From the NCBI GenBank assembly GCA_035291665.1, contig DATDRP010000003.1, forward strand, positions 148,549 through 212,548: a stretch of DNA of 64,000 nucleotides, given 5' to 3'. Of the stretch, positions 20,249 through 29,460 are shown piece after piece. The DNA is from Patescibacteria group bacterium. GTDB taxonomy: Bacteria > Patescibacteriota > Microgenomatia > UBA8517. How positions within the stretch are numbered: position 1 is the stretch's first letter; every line of letters starts with the position of its first letter. The position numbers and the translations under genes were made by a program. The notes below the pieces were generated by a model. The model searched no databases, was not told the DNA's origin, and was given only the letters and a program-made list of their open reading frames with translations.

Positions 20249-20318
20249 TTGCGGGGCTGGGAGTTGAACCCAGCCTGGAAGATTATGAGCCTTCCGTGCA
20301 GCCGTACACTACCCCGCA
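20249..20318 (-). tRNA. tRNA with CAT anticodon (Met/fMet/Ile2 type unresolved)
   Basis: TGCGGGG-TA-GTGT-ACGGCT-GCAC-G-GAAGG-CTCATAA-TCTTC-CAGG-CTGGG-TTCAACT-CCCAG-CCCCGCA-A. T1-A72 pair. No encoded CCA. Confidence 0.55.
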
Positions 20319-20360
20319 CGTCAATGAGCGAGTCTAATTATATCATTTTGCCTCGATTAC

Positions 20361-20756
20361 TCAATCAATTCCAAAAAGTTTCGCCCACTTCTGCCAATTG
20401 GGTTCAATACTTACATCTTCTTTTTCCGGAGATTTCGGAACAAGCTGGAGAAGTACTTCGTCAGGAGGAAGTATTAAAACAACTTCACCTTCCTTAGAAT
20501 AACCAAGCTTATCCCGGATTTGTTTCTCGAGGTAAAATTCAGTATCAACATCTTCAAGTTGTTTTTTCAAAGCTTCATTTTTCTCCTCGAGTTTGACAGC
20601 TTCGTTTGCATCATCATCAATCCTTTGATTAATCGAATGAATTATTGCAATTGTTCTTCCTATAGAAATAATAAAAAGAACAAATAAAACCCATAACATA
20701 AGCTTGCTTATACGATTTGGAATGGTATTATCCTCTTTACTATTTAACATTTTCAA
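20361..20756 (-). CDS. Septum formation initiator family protein (FtsB/DivIC-like)
   Basis: N-terminal TM, then a coiled coil (KLEEKNEALKKQLEDV), then YLEKQIRDKLGYSKEGEVV. Confidence 0.55.
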   Translation of the reverse strand: MKMLNSKEDNTIPNRISKLMLWVLFVLFIISIGRTIAIIHSINQRIDDDANEAVKLEEKNEALKKQLEDVDTEFYLEKQIRDKLGYSKEGEVVLILPPDEVLLQLVPKSPEKEDVSIEPNWQKWAKLFGID

Positions 20757-20874
20757 TATATATTACGCATCTCATAATATATTGACCTCTCGTCAATAAT
20801 TGTGTATCATTGTGTACATTAGCCTTAAAATTAGTATAGAAGGGATTTGAAGGTATTAAAAGTATATTATTATT

Positions 20875-21738
20875 ATGGCACAAGAAAGTTTAAAGTCGCT
20901 GCTCCCCAAATTTATTGCCCACCTGACCGATAAAAAAAGAAGTCCATCAACTATATTAGCCTATAGGGCTGATCTGGAACAGTTGGTAGACTATTTAACG
21001 GATAAAAACATTGCTACGGCTGAATCGGTTGAAACTTCCCACATTGAGGGTTTCAGAGATAGCTTACTAGCTCAAAAATACACCCCAAAAACAGTTTCCA
21101 GAAAATTAAACGCAGTTAAAACTTTTTTCCGATGGATGCTGGATGAAAAACTTGCATCAAACGATCCTTCAGCCACGGTCGCTCACCCCAAAATTGAAGT
21201 CAGTAAACCAAAATTCCTATCTCCTCTCGAATATCGGGCACTCCGTGATGTTGTCAGAAACGATGTCAGAATCGCTGCAATAGTTGAACTTATTCTGCAA
21301 ACCGGACTTCGGATTTCTGAGGTTGCAAATCTGAAACTCATCAACTTCCGAGATTCAAATCTTACAATCGAAAGCTATGCAACTCAGCCTCAAAGAACTA
21401 TCCCCATAAACGAACCCGCACAGGAAACTTTACAACAATACCTCAAAGAAAGACCAAAAACAGATTCCGAATACATTTTTGTAAGCAAAAACGGAAAACC
21501 GCTTGCTATCCGAAATATCCGGGCAGCTATTGACCGTTATTTCCAAAAGGCAGAGATTCCCGGTTATTCGGTTAATGATCTCCGAACTACTTTTGTTGTT
21601 GAGAATCTGAAAAACGGAGTCGATCTTGTATTCTTATCAAAAGTTTCAGGCCATAAAAGATTGTCCACTACAGAGCGATACCTCGAGCTTGCTGAGGTCA
21701 AAGAATCAGGTAAACGTCAGGAACTCGCAGAACTTTAA
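20875..21738 (+). CDS. Tyrosine recombinase/integrase (XerC/XerD-like)
   Basis: N-terminal SAM-like core-binding domain. C-terminal ...LRISEV...VSGHKRLSTTERYLEL with catalytic R, H, R and Y. Confidence 0.75.
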   Translation: MAQESLKSLLPKFIAHLTDKKRSPSTILAYRADLEQLVDYLTDKNIATAESVETSHIEGFRDSLLAQKYTPKTVSRKLNAVKTFFRWMLDEKLASNDPSATVAHPKIEVSKPKFLSPLEYRALRDVVRNDVRIAAIVELILQTGLRISEVANLKLINFRDSNLTIESYATQPQRTIPINEPAQETLQQYLKERPKTDSEYIFVSKNGKPLAIRNIRAAIDRYFQKAEIPGYSVNDLRTTFVVENLKNGVDLVFLSKVSGHKRLSTTERYLELAEVKESGKRQELAEL

Positions 21739-21786
21739 ACTGTAAATTCAGAAGTTCCTGAAGATTCTCCAAATAACTTTTTAAGA

Positions 21787-22062
21787 TTAAACTATTTCGT
21801 CCACAAATTCGCCGTCCCAATGAAATTCTGTCCCAACCAAGAGTACTTGCGTACCACCACCCAAACTGATTCTATGACCGCGAGCATCTATACCCAAAAT
21901 TCGTGGATTTTTATCCTGTCGAGTTGTCTCTACTCCTTCTATTTTTGAATAAAATTTCTTATGAGGATGTACCCCACCCCTTGACCGCGACAGCACGATT
22001 ACTTTATCCCCCGGTAGTGTCTCATCCGCCCTTATCACATGACCTTCTTTTTCAATATCCAT
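21787..22062 (-). CDS. Hypothetical protein
   Basis: 91-aa ORF between the integrase and the tRNA. Confidence 0.3.
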   Translation of the reverse strand: MDIEKEGHVIRADETLPGDKVIVLSRSRGGVHPHKKFYSKIEGVETTRQDKNPRILGIDARGHRISLGGGTQVLLVGTEFHWDGEFVDEIV

Positions 22063-22220
22063 AAAAACTAGCTGAGTATATCAAAACCAGTTAGATTTGT
22101 CAGAAGTTAAGTGTGTGGGCGTGCATGGGATCGTCCCGTAGAACGGGATTAATCCTGCTCTGCAGGAAACCATGGACATCTACTTTATGGCAAAGCAAAG
22201 CTTTGACATGTAAGAAAGTT

Positions 22221-22296
22221 TGGTGGCCTGGGATGGGTTCGAACCATCGACTTCCATTTTATAAGAATGGCACTCTAACCACTGAGTTACCAGGCC
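22221..22296 (-). tRNA. tRNA-Ile (anticodon TAT/UAU), 76 nt with encoded CCA
   Basis: GGCCTGG-TA-ACTC-AGTGGTTA-GAGT-G-CCATT-CTTATAA-AATGG-AAGTC-GATGG-TTCGAAC-CCATC-CCAGGCC-A-CCA. All stems are perfect. Confidence 0.75.
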
Positions 22297-22445
22297 AAAT
22301 TTTCTTCCATAAGAGTAGCGCTCTTAGATAAGTCGCCGACTTGATCGGACGCTGAGCTACACGCCCATACTTTTCGCTACAAGAATGGCACTCTAAAAAA
22401 AACGAACTTAAAACACCTGAAACTGAGGTTATTATATCAAGAAGC

Positions 22446-22646
22446 TCACAAAAACTTAATTACATCTCTTAAAGAGAAGTCTCGTTCTGCATTTTTATCC
22501 AAATCTAACGCTTTCAAAAACCACTGCTTGCCTTTGTGGAATTCAGTTTCCCCAAACCAGATTTTTAATGGTTTCACTTTCCTAATTGCAATCTTACCTT
22601 CCCAATTTTTATATTTAAACTTTAAAAAATTACTCGGTTGCTTCAT
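22446..22646 (-). CDS. Hypothetical small protein
   Basis: ORF only. Confidence 0.3.
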   Translation of the reverse strand: MKQPSNFLKFKYKNWEGKIAIRKVKPLKIWFGETEFHKGKQWFLKALDLDKNAERDFSLRDVIKFL

Positions 22647-22680
22647 TGCTAAATTATTGAAGTTTAATTAAGTAAATTAA

Positions 22681-22722
22681 TTCTCTTAATATCTTAGTAT
22701 CCCAATATCTTAATATCTTTCT
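22681..22722. repeat. 8-bp tandem array (TAATATCY)n downstream of the T4SS ATPase gene
   Basis: CTTAATATCTTAGTATCCCAATATCTTAATATC. Confidence 0.75.
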
Positions 22723-22723
22723 C

Positions 22724-25048
22724 TTACAGTTTTGCTCTCCTTGCAATCTCTGCATCAACTATCTTCACATCCCGTCCGTAACGAAGCCTGCTCATTTCTT
22801 TTATAATCTCTGCCAACTTCGGATTCATTGCCGCTTTTTCGGCAACAATATCTTTGTAAAGATCCATAGAAAATGGCGAGACGGGTTCATTGTTGACAGT
22901 CGTTTTAATATATACATGGTATTTTTCAATGTTCAAAAGATCATCTTCGGCAAAAACGGGTGCGAATTCGTGCTGTAAATAATTTGCATCAGTTGTTCCG
23001 ATCCGGAAAGAGATTATCGTCCCGACATTCCCAAAAACCGCGTTTTTAACCTCTTCATCAACCTGCCCGATAAACTGATTGGCAACGCATAAAGACAAAG
23101 CATATTTCCTTGCCTCGGACAATATTACGGCAAAATCCGGAGTGGCAAAGTTCTGAAACTCGTCAACATAAAGATAAAAAGGCCGTCTTTGGTCTTTGGG
23201 AAGGTCTGTCCTACTCATGGCTGCCATTAATATTCGAGGTACAAGGATAAGCCCCAAGAAACTCGAGTTTTCTTCACCAATGGTTCCTTTCGACAGATTA
23301 ATAAATAAAATTTTTCCCGTATCCATCACTTCCCGAAGCGAAAATGACGATTTTGACTGGCCGATAATGTTTCTGACCATTTTGTTTGTTACAAATCTCC
23401 CGAACTTTGAAGTGATGTAATCAAGAACTTCAGATTTATGAAAATCAGAAGTCTGTGCGATCTGGTCGGTCCAGTATCTTCTTACAATCGGATCTGTTAC
23501 TTTTGGAAGAATTTCCTGAACGTATCTGGCATCTGTTAAAATTCTCATCACTTCAATAAACGTTGACCCTTCATCGCTCATTGCGGTAAGCATTGCGTTT
23601 CTTACAGCATGTTCGAACCTTGGTCCGACAATACCGGTTTTGTACGGATCAAAAAGCTTGTACATCATGTTGATAACAGATGAGGATACAAAGTGCTTTT
23701 GATCTTCTGTATTTGCTTCAAGAAGGTTTAAACCCATTGGTCTTTCCGTATCCGACGGGTCAAAGTAGATAACATCTTCCGCTCTATCGGCAGGAATTAA
23801 TGACATAAGTTCTTCCACCGCGTCACCGTGAGGATCAATAAAACATACCCCCTTGCCAGCTTTGATATCCTGCATGACAAGATCTTTCAGAAGTTCGCTT
23901 TTACCGGTTCCTGTTTTTCCGACAATGTACATATGTCTTAACCTGTCTTCTTCGGTAATGTAAACAGGCCGCTTCGTTCCGCGATACGAACTAATCCCAA
24001 GAAAAGTCCCTTCGGAGGGAACTTCTGCAGGAGCAGGAGCAGTTTTGGAATACAACCAGTTAATATGGGGTGTTGTTATTGATTTGTTCGGAAAATGGAA
24101 AATAGTCGCCAGTTCTTCAGAATTAAGAATTGAAATTCTATTCCCCCAAATATGAAACATTGGTTGGTATCGGTAAATAAAATCATCTATAAAAGCTCCT
24201 TTTTGGCGGATAGTCCGGCCTTTTAGAGAATTAAGATCGCTTGAAAACTGGGAAAATGCGCTGGCAATGTTTGTGAGGTGCGCTTTTGCCGATCCCTGAT
24301 CGGGTGCAACACAAACAATTCTTATTGAAGTTTCAAATCCTACTTTGGAGATTTTATTTTCAACAGACTCCAGGGTTTTACCAGATGTCTTGTAACTGGC
24401 TTTTTGCGGATCGGCTTCCTGCTTTTTGGTTGATGACAGAAAACCGCTCCCTGATTTTTGCCATTCGCTTTCCGTGGGTGAAATTAAAACCTGAATCGCA
24501 GCTGCTTCGCCTTCCCCCATTTTGGCAAGAGCGGATGTTATTGCGGATAAAGGATCAGTCGGAAGTTCTTTATAAGTTTTTATGGGATAGAAATTTTCTT
24601 TACCAAGTTGAAGCGCTTTGTAGGCAACTTTACCGTCTTCTGTAAAAATGTTATATTCCTGGACTTCCACAATCTCAGCATCAGGATAGGCTCCGTGTAT
24701 CTGTCGTTCCAGGAGCGTCCGGAACTCAGTCGGAGTCCAGACATAAAACTTAATATCCTCCAATTTCGCTACCAACTCAAAAGATATACCCGGTTGGATA
24801 TTATACTTTTGCTTCCATCCACCTTTTTTGATCGAGTAAAGAGCAGCAAAAAGCTGTTCCATTGCGTCAATTTTTATATCGTTATTTTTGTGAACCGATA
24901 TTTGCAAAAGCACCGAATCAATCGATGCTTCCTCTCTTTTTCTATTCCGGAAAGTTGTGAAGAAAAATATAAATACGACAACTGATAAAAAAGCCAATAA
25001 GGATATTACCGACAAAAACACTAATATTACATCCATTTCATTTATCAT
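22724..25048 (-). CDS. Type IV secretion-system-type P-loop ATPase (VirB4/VirD4/TraG-like, FtsK-HerA superfamily)
   Basis: N-terminal TM. Walker A YIVGKTGTGKSELL. Walker B FYLYVDEFQNF. About 770 aa. Confidence 0.6.
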   Translation of the reverse strand: MINEMDVILVFLSVISLLAFLSVVVFIFFFTTFRNRKREEASIDSVLLQISVHKNNDIKIDAMEQLFAALYSIKKGGWKQKYNIQPGISFELVAKLEDIKFYVWTPTEFRTLLERQIHGAYPDAEIVEVQEYNIFTEDGKVAYKALQLGKENFYPIKTYKELPTDPLSAITSALAKMGEGEAAAIQVLISPTESEWQKSGSGFLSSTKKQEADPQKASYKTSGKTLESVENKISKVGFETSIRIVCVAPDQGSAKAHLTNIASAFSQFSSDLNSLKGRTIRQKGAFIDDFIYRYQPMFHIWGNRISILNSEELATIFHFPNKSITTPHINWLYSKTAPAPAEVPSEGTFLGISSYRGTKRPVYITEEDRLRHMYIVGKTGTGKSELLKDLVMQDIKAGKGVCFIDPHGDAVEELMSLIPADRAEDVIYFDPSDTERPMGLNLLEANTEDQKHFVSSSVINMMYKLFDPYKTGIVGPRFEHAVRNAMLTAMSDEGSTFIEVMRILTDARYVQEILPKVTDPIVRRYWTDQIAQTSDFHKSEVLDYITSKFGRFVTNKMVRNIIGQSKSSFSLREVMDTGKILFINLSKGTIGEENSSFLGLILVPRILMAAMSRTDLPKDQRRPFYLYVDEFQNFATPDFAVILSEARKYALSLCVANQFIGQVDEEVKNAVFGNVGTIISFRIGTTDANYLQHEFAPVFAEDDLLNIEKYHVYIKTTVNNEPVSPFSMDLYKDIVAEKAAMNPKLAEIIKEMSRLRYGRDVKIVDAEIARRAKL

Positions 25049-25074
25049 GGTTATTTAAACTTAAAAAGGAACTG

Positions 25075-25434
25075 TTACTGCCCGCCTATTTTTTTCACCA
25101 TTCTCCAGCCGAAGTGCAATGCTTTCTTGATTAATCTGACCCAAAAAACCGCAAACCAAGTGATTGCATTATCCGGATCGCCCTTCGCCCAATCATCAAG
25201 TTGCTGCTGGGTTGCAGGGACCTGGATTGTAACCGCAGGATCCTGAGGCGTTTGAATCAGGGGCTGTCCTTTATCGTCACTCACCTGAGCCTTAAATTGC
25301 GAGGGAGTCGGACTGATCCCGCGTTCTATTTCCGGGGGAACTTCCATATCGGTTGGACGTTCTTTGACGATCGGTTCTTCTACCGGAGGCTTTCCTCCGC
25401 CTCTTTCCACATTATCTACCATATATAAAAACAT
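25075..25434 (-). CDS. Hypothetical protein with C-terminal TM helix
   Basis: Pro/Gln-rich N-terminus. TM segment ITWFAVFWVRLI. Confidence 0.35.
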   Translation of the reverse strand: MFLYMVDNVERGGGKPPVEEPIVKERPTDMEVPPEIERGISPTPSQFKAQVSDDKGQPLIQTPQDPAVTIQVPATQQQLDDWAKGDPDNAITWFAVFWVRLIKKALHFGWRMVKKIGGQ

Positions 25435-25820
25435 TTTAGATCAATTAGGCGAAAGAACAAAGTACTAAGGGAAAAGTGAAAAGAGAAATGGATTGTTTCA
25501 ATTCCGAATATCTAATTTCGAATTTCTAACCAAAACCCGATATCTCGTCTTCAAATATCTTCCCCCAAATTTGACTTTGAAAAGGAATTAGGATTAAAAT
25601 CCCATCATCCGTATGTTTCCCGCTGAAAATATAAGAGTATTATTACCAGCTGAAAGACCTAAGGATTGTATTCTACCTACGATTAAAAATACGAGAGGAA
25701 GAAATAATTTTCAAGAAATATCTGTTCGCCTTCTGGATGGAAATTTCATTCTCAACAAATGTCACATAACCACTTGTCTCGTAAACAGTCGGTGTAAATT
25801 TTACGAGGAGCTTTGATAAT

Positions 25821-26363
25821 TTATCGCTTTTTCCAAACCTCATCTTTCACTCTCGATTTAAAATTTTCAGCCCGGGCTAAGGTGAATATATAATCCGAAA
25901 GACGGTTGAGGTATTTTAAAATTGCAGACGGGATTTTTTCTTCTTCGTTAAACGCAACAACCTCCCTTTCGGCTTTTCTTGCTAAAGTTCTTGCAAATTG
26001 AAGTTTTGCTGCAGCTGGGGTTCCTCCGGGATAAATAAAATTGGATAACGCTGGTAAAACTTTATCATACTCATCAATTTCCCGTTCTAGTCTCTTAATT
26101 TCGATACCTCCAATTCTTAATCTTGATCCCGCCAGGATCGATCCGATAGTGAGCAAATTATTTTGTATTCTTTTTAAGCGATTATTAAGATCTTCATCAA
26201 ATGATTCAGAAATTACAACACCAATATAGCTGTCAACTTCATCAACAGCGCCAATTGCACGGGTGTTGCATGAGGATTTGGAAACCCGTACGGATTTTCC
26301 GTCAACTTTTTTAAAAAGTCCCGTCTCTCCTTTGTCGCCTTTTTTTGTATAAATTGACATCAT
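25821..26363 (-). CDS. pduO: ATP:cob(I)alamin adenosyltransferase (PduO-type)
   Basis: N-terminal MSIYTKKGDKGETGL is the PduO/MMAB signature. Confidence 0.8.
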   Translation of the reverse strand: MMSIYTKKGDKGETGLFKKVDGKSVRVSKSSCNTRAIGAVDEVDSYIGVVISESFDEDLNNRLKRIQNNLLTIGSILAGSRLRIGGIEIKRLEREIDEYDKVLPALSNFIYPGGTPAAAKLQFARTLARKAEREVVAFNEEEKIPSAILKYLNRLSDYIFTLARAENFKSRVKDEVWKKR

Positions 26364-26410
26364 TAAAAAGATATTATGTGATCCGATATTAGGATATTAG
26401 GAATAATAAT

Positions 26411-26785
26411 TCAAACTTTATGAATTAGCTTCTCGGTCGATCTTATAAGTCCTCCCAATACAACACCAGCTTTTTCTGATTGATTGAATGCTTCGGTAAA
26501 CTTAACTTCACTCAAATATTTCAAATCCCGTGATGTGATCAATTGACTTTGGACTTCAGCAATTGACCCCCTTGAATCGTAATAAAAATTTAACCTATCT
26601 TTGTAATGATATCTTGAAAATCCTTCAGCAATACATGATTCCACAGAAATCACTGCTCTTCTTAGTTGACTTTTTAATCCAAACTCTTCAGATTTCGGGT
26701 ACAAATCAGTATATTTGTAGATTTGAAGTGTTAGTTTATGTGCTTCTTTCCATGCATCTAGATCGGTAAACTTTTTGATTAGCAT
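26411..26785 (-). CDS. Four-helix-bundle protein (23S rRNA intervening-sequence protein family, TIGR02436)
   Basis: FTDLDAWKEAHKL...QLRRAVISVESCIAEGFSR matches the family consensus. Confidence 0.75.
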   Translation of the reverse strand: MLIKKFTDLDAWKEAHKLTLQIYKYTDLYPKSEEFGLKSQLRRAVISVESCIAEGFSRYHYKDRLNFYYDSRGSIAEVQSQLITSRDLKYLSEVKFTEAFNQSEKAGVVLGGLIRSTEKLIHKV

Positions 26786-26823
26786 TTCTATCTTCTTCGT
26801 TTCGAATAGTATTTTTTCCCTTT

Positions 26824-26890
26824 TCTTAATATCTTAATATCCCAGTATCCCAATATCTTTGTATCCTAATCTCCTAATATCTTTTTTTTG
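26824..26890. repeat. Tandem array of the 8-bp unit TAATATCY (about 8 units)
   Basis: CTTAATAT CTTAATAT CCCAGTAT CCCAATAT CTTTGTAT CCTAATCT CCTAATAT C. Confidence 0.8.
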
Positions 26891-27020
26891 AGGTCCCTCT
26901 GACGAGCCCAAAGCCGGTGTGTGGTCAAAAAGCCCAATAGAAAATGGGAGACAAATGATTGTCGACATCCTGCCAGCATAACAGCTCCGGACCCATCAGA
27001 CGAATCTCAAACCCGAATGG

Positions 27021-27106
27021 ATATTAAGTGATTCGATATTAAGATATTGAGTTACTCCGCAATTTTTTGACCTTAATATCCCAATATCCAAATATCGTAA
27101 TATCTT
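27021..27106. repeat. 8-bp tandem arrays of the same family in both orientations
   Basis: GATATTAAG...GATATTAAGATATTGAG followed by CCTTAATATCCCAATATCCAAATATCGTAATATC. Confidence 0.75.
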
Positions 27107-27217
27107 TTTTATATTAATGTACAAAACTCCCGTGATACTTTCGAAACCTTAATTAAAAATGTCCTTTTCTCCCGGCATCTTAATGCCCTAATATCTTAGT
27201 ATCCTATTATCTTTTTT

Positions 27218-29410
27218 CTAGAGTTCGCAGGTAGAAAACCCGCAACGTTCGCATTTATAACACTTTCCGTCTTTTTTCAGTTTTATCCCGCAGGTCGGAC
27301 ATTTTTTCGTAAAAACCGGATTTTTTGATCCGCCAAATTCGAAGACCTGATCGGATTTTGTTTTATCGCGATAAACGGTCAATCCCTTACAGCCGAGTTT
27401 CCATGCCATAATATATGCTTCTTCGATATCATCAGGTGTGGTATCAGAGGGCATATTAATCGTTTTTGTGATGGCATTATCAGTCCACTTCTGAAATGAA
27501 CTTTGCATCTTAATATGGTCACGCCAGTCGATGTCGTGAGCGACTTTAAATATTTTTTTAAGATCATCCGGAATTTCATCCAGATTTTGAACACTCCCGT
27601 GATTGTCAATAATTTTTTGGATTAAAGTTTCTGAGTAAATTCCCCGTTTTTTCAAAGCTTCAACAAAAGTCGGAACAATTGTTTTGAGCCTCATCCCCTC
27701 CAAAACATTTTGTTCGTAGGCTAGTGCGAAATACGGCTCTATCCCGAAAGTTGTTTCACAAATCACCGCGTTTCCGCTTGACGGGGGAAAAGTTAATAAT
27801 GCAACGTTCCGGGGTTTTTCCTTTTTATCTGCCCAATAAGATTTTTTAACCAGAGGGAAAGGTCCTTTTTCTTTCGCAATCGCGACAGATGCAAAGAAGG
27901 CGCTTTTATACATCGTCTTTGTTACCTTCTCGGCCAGGGCAAAAGCCGGCTCTGAATCATATGGTATTTCCATTGCTGCGAGCGCATCTGCCCAACCTAC
28001 TGCTCCGATTCCAAGTCTTCGGTGAGATCGAACTGATGCGTCAACTTCGGATACCGGGAACCATGAAGCTTCAATAACGTTGTCCATCAGGCGAACCGCT
28101 ATTCCCATTACTTCTTCCAATCCGTTAAAATCAAATTTTTTATTTTTGACAAACTTCGTAAAATTGACATAACCAAGATTGCAGGACTCATACGGGTACA
28201 AAGGCACTTCCCCGCATGGGTTTGTCGCCATAATGGGACCGTATTTTCGCAGAAGTGGATTCGCAAGCGCCGTCCCTTTATTGATTGCCGAAAGATTAAT
28301 TATTCCGGGATCTCCGGTTTGCCATGCCATTGTAGACATCAGCTCAAAAACGGATTTGGCGTTTACCACATTCACAATCTCTCCTGTTCTCGGATTAATC
28401 AAATTCCAATCTTTTTCTTTTATAACTGCTTCCATAAACTCATCGGTGATTCCGACTGAGATGTTGGTTTTGCTTAAGTACCCGTCGTTTTGCTTTGAAG
28501 AAATAAAATTAAAAATATCGGGATGTGAAGCATTCAAAATTGCCATGTTGCCGCTTTCGTATTTTCCTTCCTGACGGAAAAGGCTCGTCATCAAATTAAA
28601 CATCTCAATCATTTTTACCGGTCCCGCAGCCAGATCGGGTATTCCGGCAACAGCGTCTCCTTCAGGCCGGATTTTGGAAAAATTATAACCACAGCCGCCG
28701 CCATGCTTCTTGATAAGAGTCGATTTATGGAGAATGTCAAATACAAAATTGATATCGTCTTCCATCGGCCAAACAAAACAATTGGCAAGTTGCGGTGAAA
28801 TTTTTCCGGCATTCGCAAGAGTACGTGTCCCCGGGAGAAACTGAAAATTGATCATAATATCATAAAATTTATTTTGCCAATACTTTTGCTTTTTACCCTT
28901 TTCAACTCCCGCCAAAAAACTTGCAACTCTTCCAATCATTCCTGCCGGTGTTTCGTTAATTTCGCCTTTTTCATCACGTTTCAAATACCTTCTTTTTAAA
29001 ATGTAGAGGGTGTTGTAGGAAAGTCCGATATCATCTTTGATCCCGAGGGTTGACTTATCTTGGAGGAAGTGTTTTTTGTTCTCACGATAACGGATATATT
29101 CCTGTGCTGTTTTTGCGTGACCTTTTTCAATGAGGGTTTTTTCGACAAGTTCTCCGATTTCAGCTGTTGTGATAGTTTCACCATCGGGATATCGCCCGCG
29201 AAGTACTGTCACAACTTCGTTTCCCAAAATACGTGCAAGATTTTCATCTTTCCCGCCGACTTTTTTCGCCGCCATCCATATACTGTTTATTATTTTTACC
29301 GGAGAAAATTCCTGCGTGACCCCGCTTAATTTCACCACCATCTTGACCTCCGACAAACCAATCTCAGTTGTTTTATTGGTAGTTATTTTTCTATTTGCTA
29401 AAGCTGCCAT
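27218..29410 (-). CDS. nrdJ: Adenosylcobalamin-dependent ribonucleoside-triphosphate/diphosphate reductase (class II, NrdJ), paralog 1 with N-terminal ATP-cone
   Basis: NPCGEVPLYPYESCNLGYVNF. Active-site Cys in ANCFVWP. C-terminal CxxC...CxxC zinc ribbon. Confidence 0.85.
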   Translation of the reverse strand: MAALANRKITTNKTTEIGLSEVKMVVKLSGVTQEFSPVKIINSIWMAAKKVGGKDENLARILGNEVVTVLRGRYPDGETITTAEIGELVEKTLIEKGHAKTAQEYIRYRENKKHFLQDKSTLGIKDDIGLSYNTLYILKRRYLKRDEKGEINETPAGMIGRVASFLAGVEKGKKQKYWQNKFYDIMINFQFLPGTRTLANAGKISPQLANCFVWPMEDDINFVFDILHKSTLIKKHGGGCGYNFSKIRPEGDAVAGIPDLAAGPVKMIEMFNLMTSLFRQEGKYESGNMAILNASHPDIFNFISSKQNDGYLSKTNISVGITDEFMEAVIKEKDWNLINPRTGEIVNVVNAKSVFELMSTMAWQTGDPGIINLSAINKGTALANPLLRKYGPIMATNPCGEVPLYPYESCNLGYVNFTKFVKNKKFDFNGLEEVMGIAVRLMDNVIEASWFPVSEVDASVRSHRRLGIGAVGWADALAAMEIPYDSEPAFALAEKVTKTMYKSAFFASVAIAKEKGPFPLVKKSYWADKKEKPRNVALLTFPPSSGNAVICETTFGIEPYFALAYEQNVLEGMRLKTIVPTFVEALKKRGIYSETLIQKIIDNHGSVQNLDEIPDDLKKIFKVAHDIDWRDHIKMQSSFQKWTDNAITKTINMPSDTTPDDIEEAYIMAWKLGCKGLTVYRDKTKSDQVFEFGGSKNPVFTKKCPTCGIKLKKDGKCYKCERCGFSTCEL

Positions 29411-29460
29411 ATTTCATTAATTTAATTATCCAGGAATTAAATTACTAAACTATTAAATTA

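Noticed and set aside
19975-20497. ORFs 19975..20217(+), 20246..20497(+) and 22113..22331(+).
   Set aside because: They overlap tRNA genes or fragments and have biased composition. Spurious.
21787-22062. Ribosomal protein L2 C-terminal fragment (GGVHPHKK...GHRISLGGG).
   Set aside because: The resemblance is superficial and the L2 signature motifs are missing. Left as hypothetical.
26895-26960. Hammerhead ribozyme core (CUGACGAG...GAAA) on the plus strand.
   Set aside because: I could not form stem II between CUGACGA and GAAA (GCCC...GCCC are not complementary). Likely a chance match.
26890-27020. Cobalamin riboswitch near the nrdJ/pduO genes.
   Set aside because: No B12-box (GCCACUG-like) is present and the position is downstream of nrdJ. 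The genes are B12-dependent rather than B12-repressed types.
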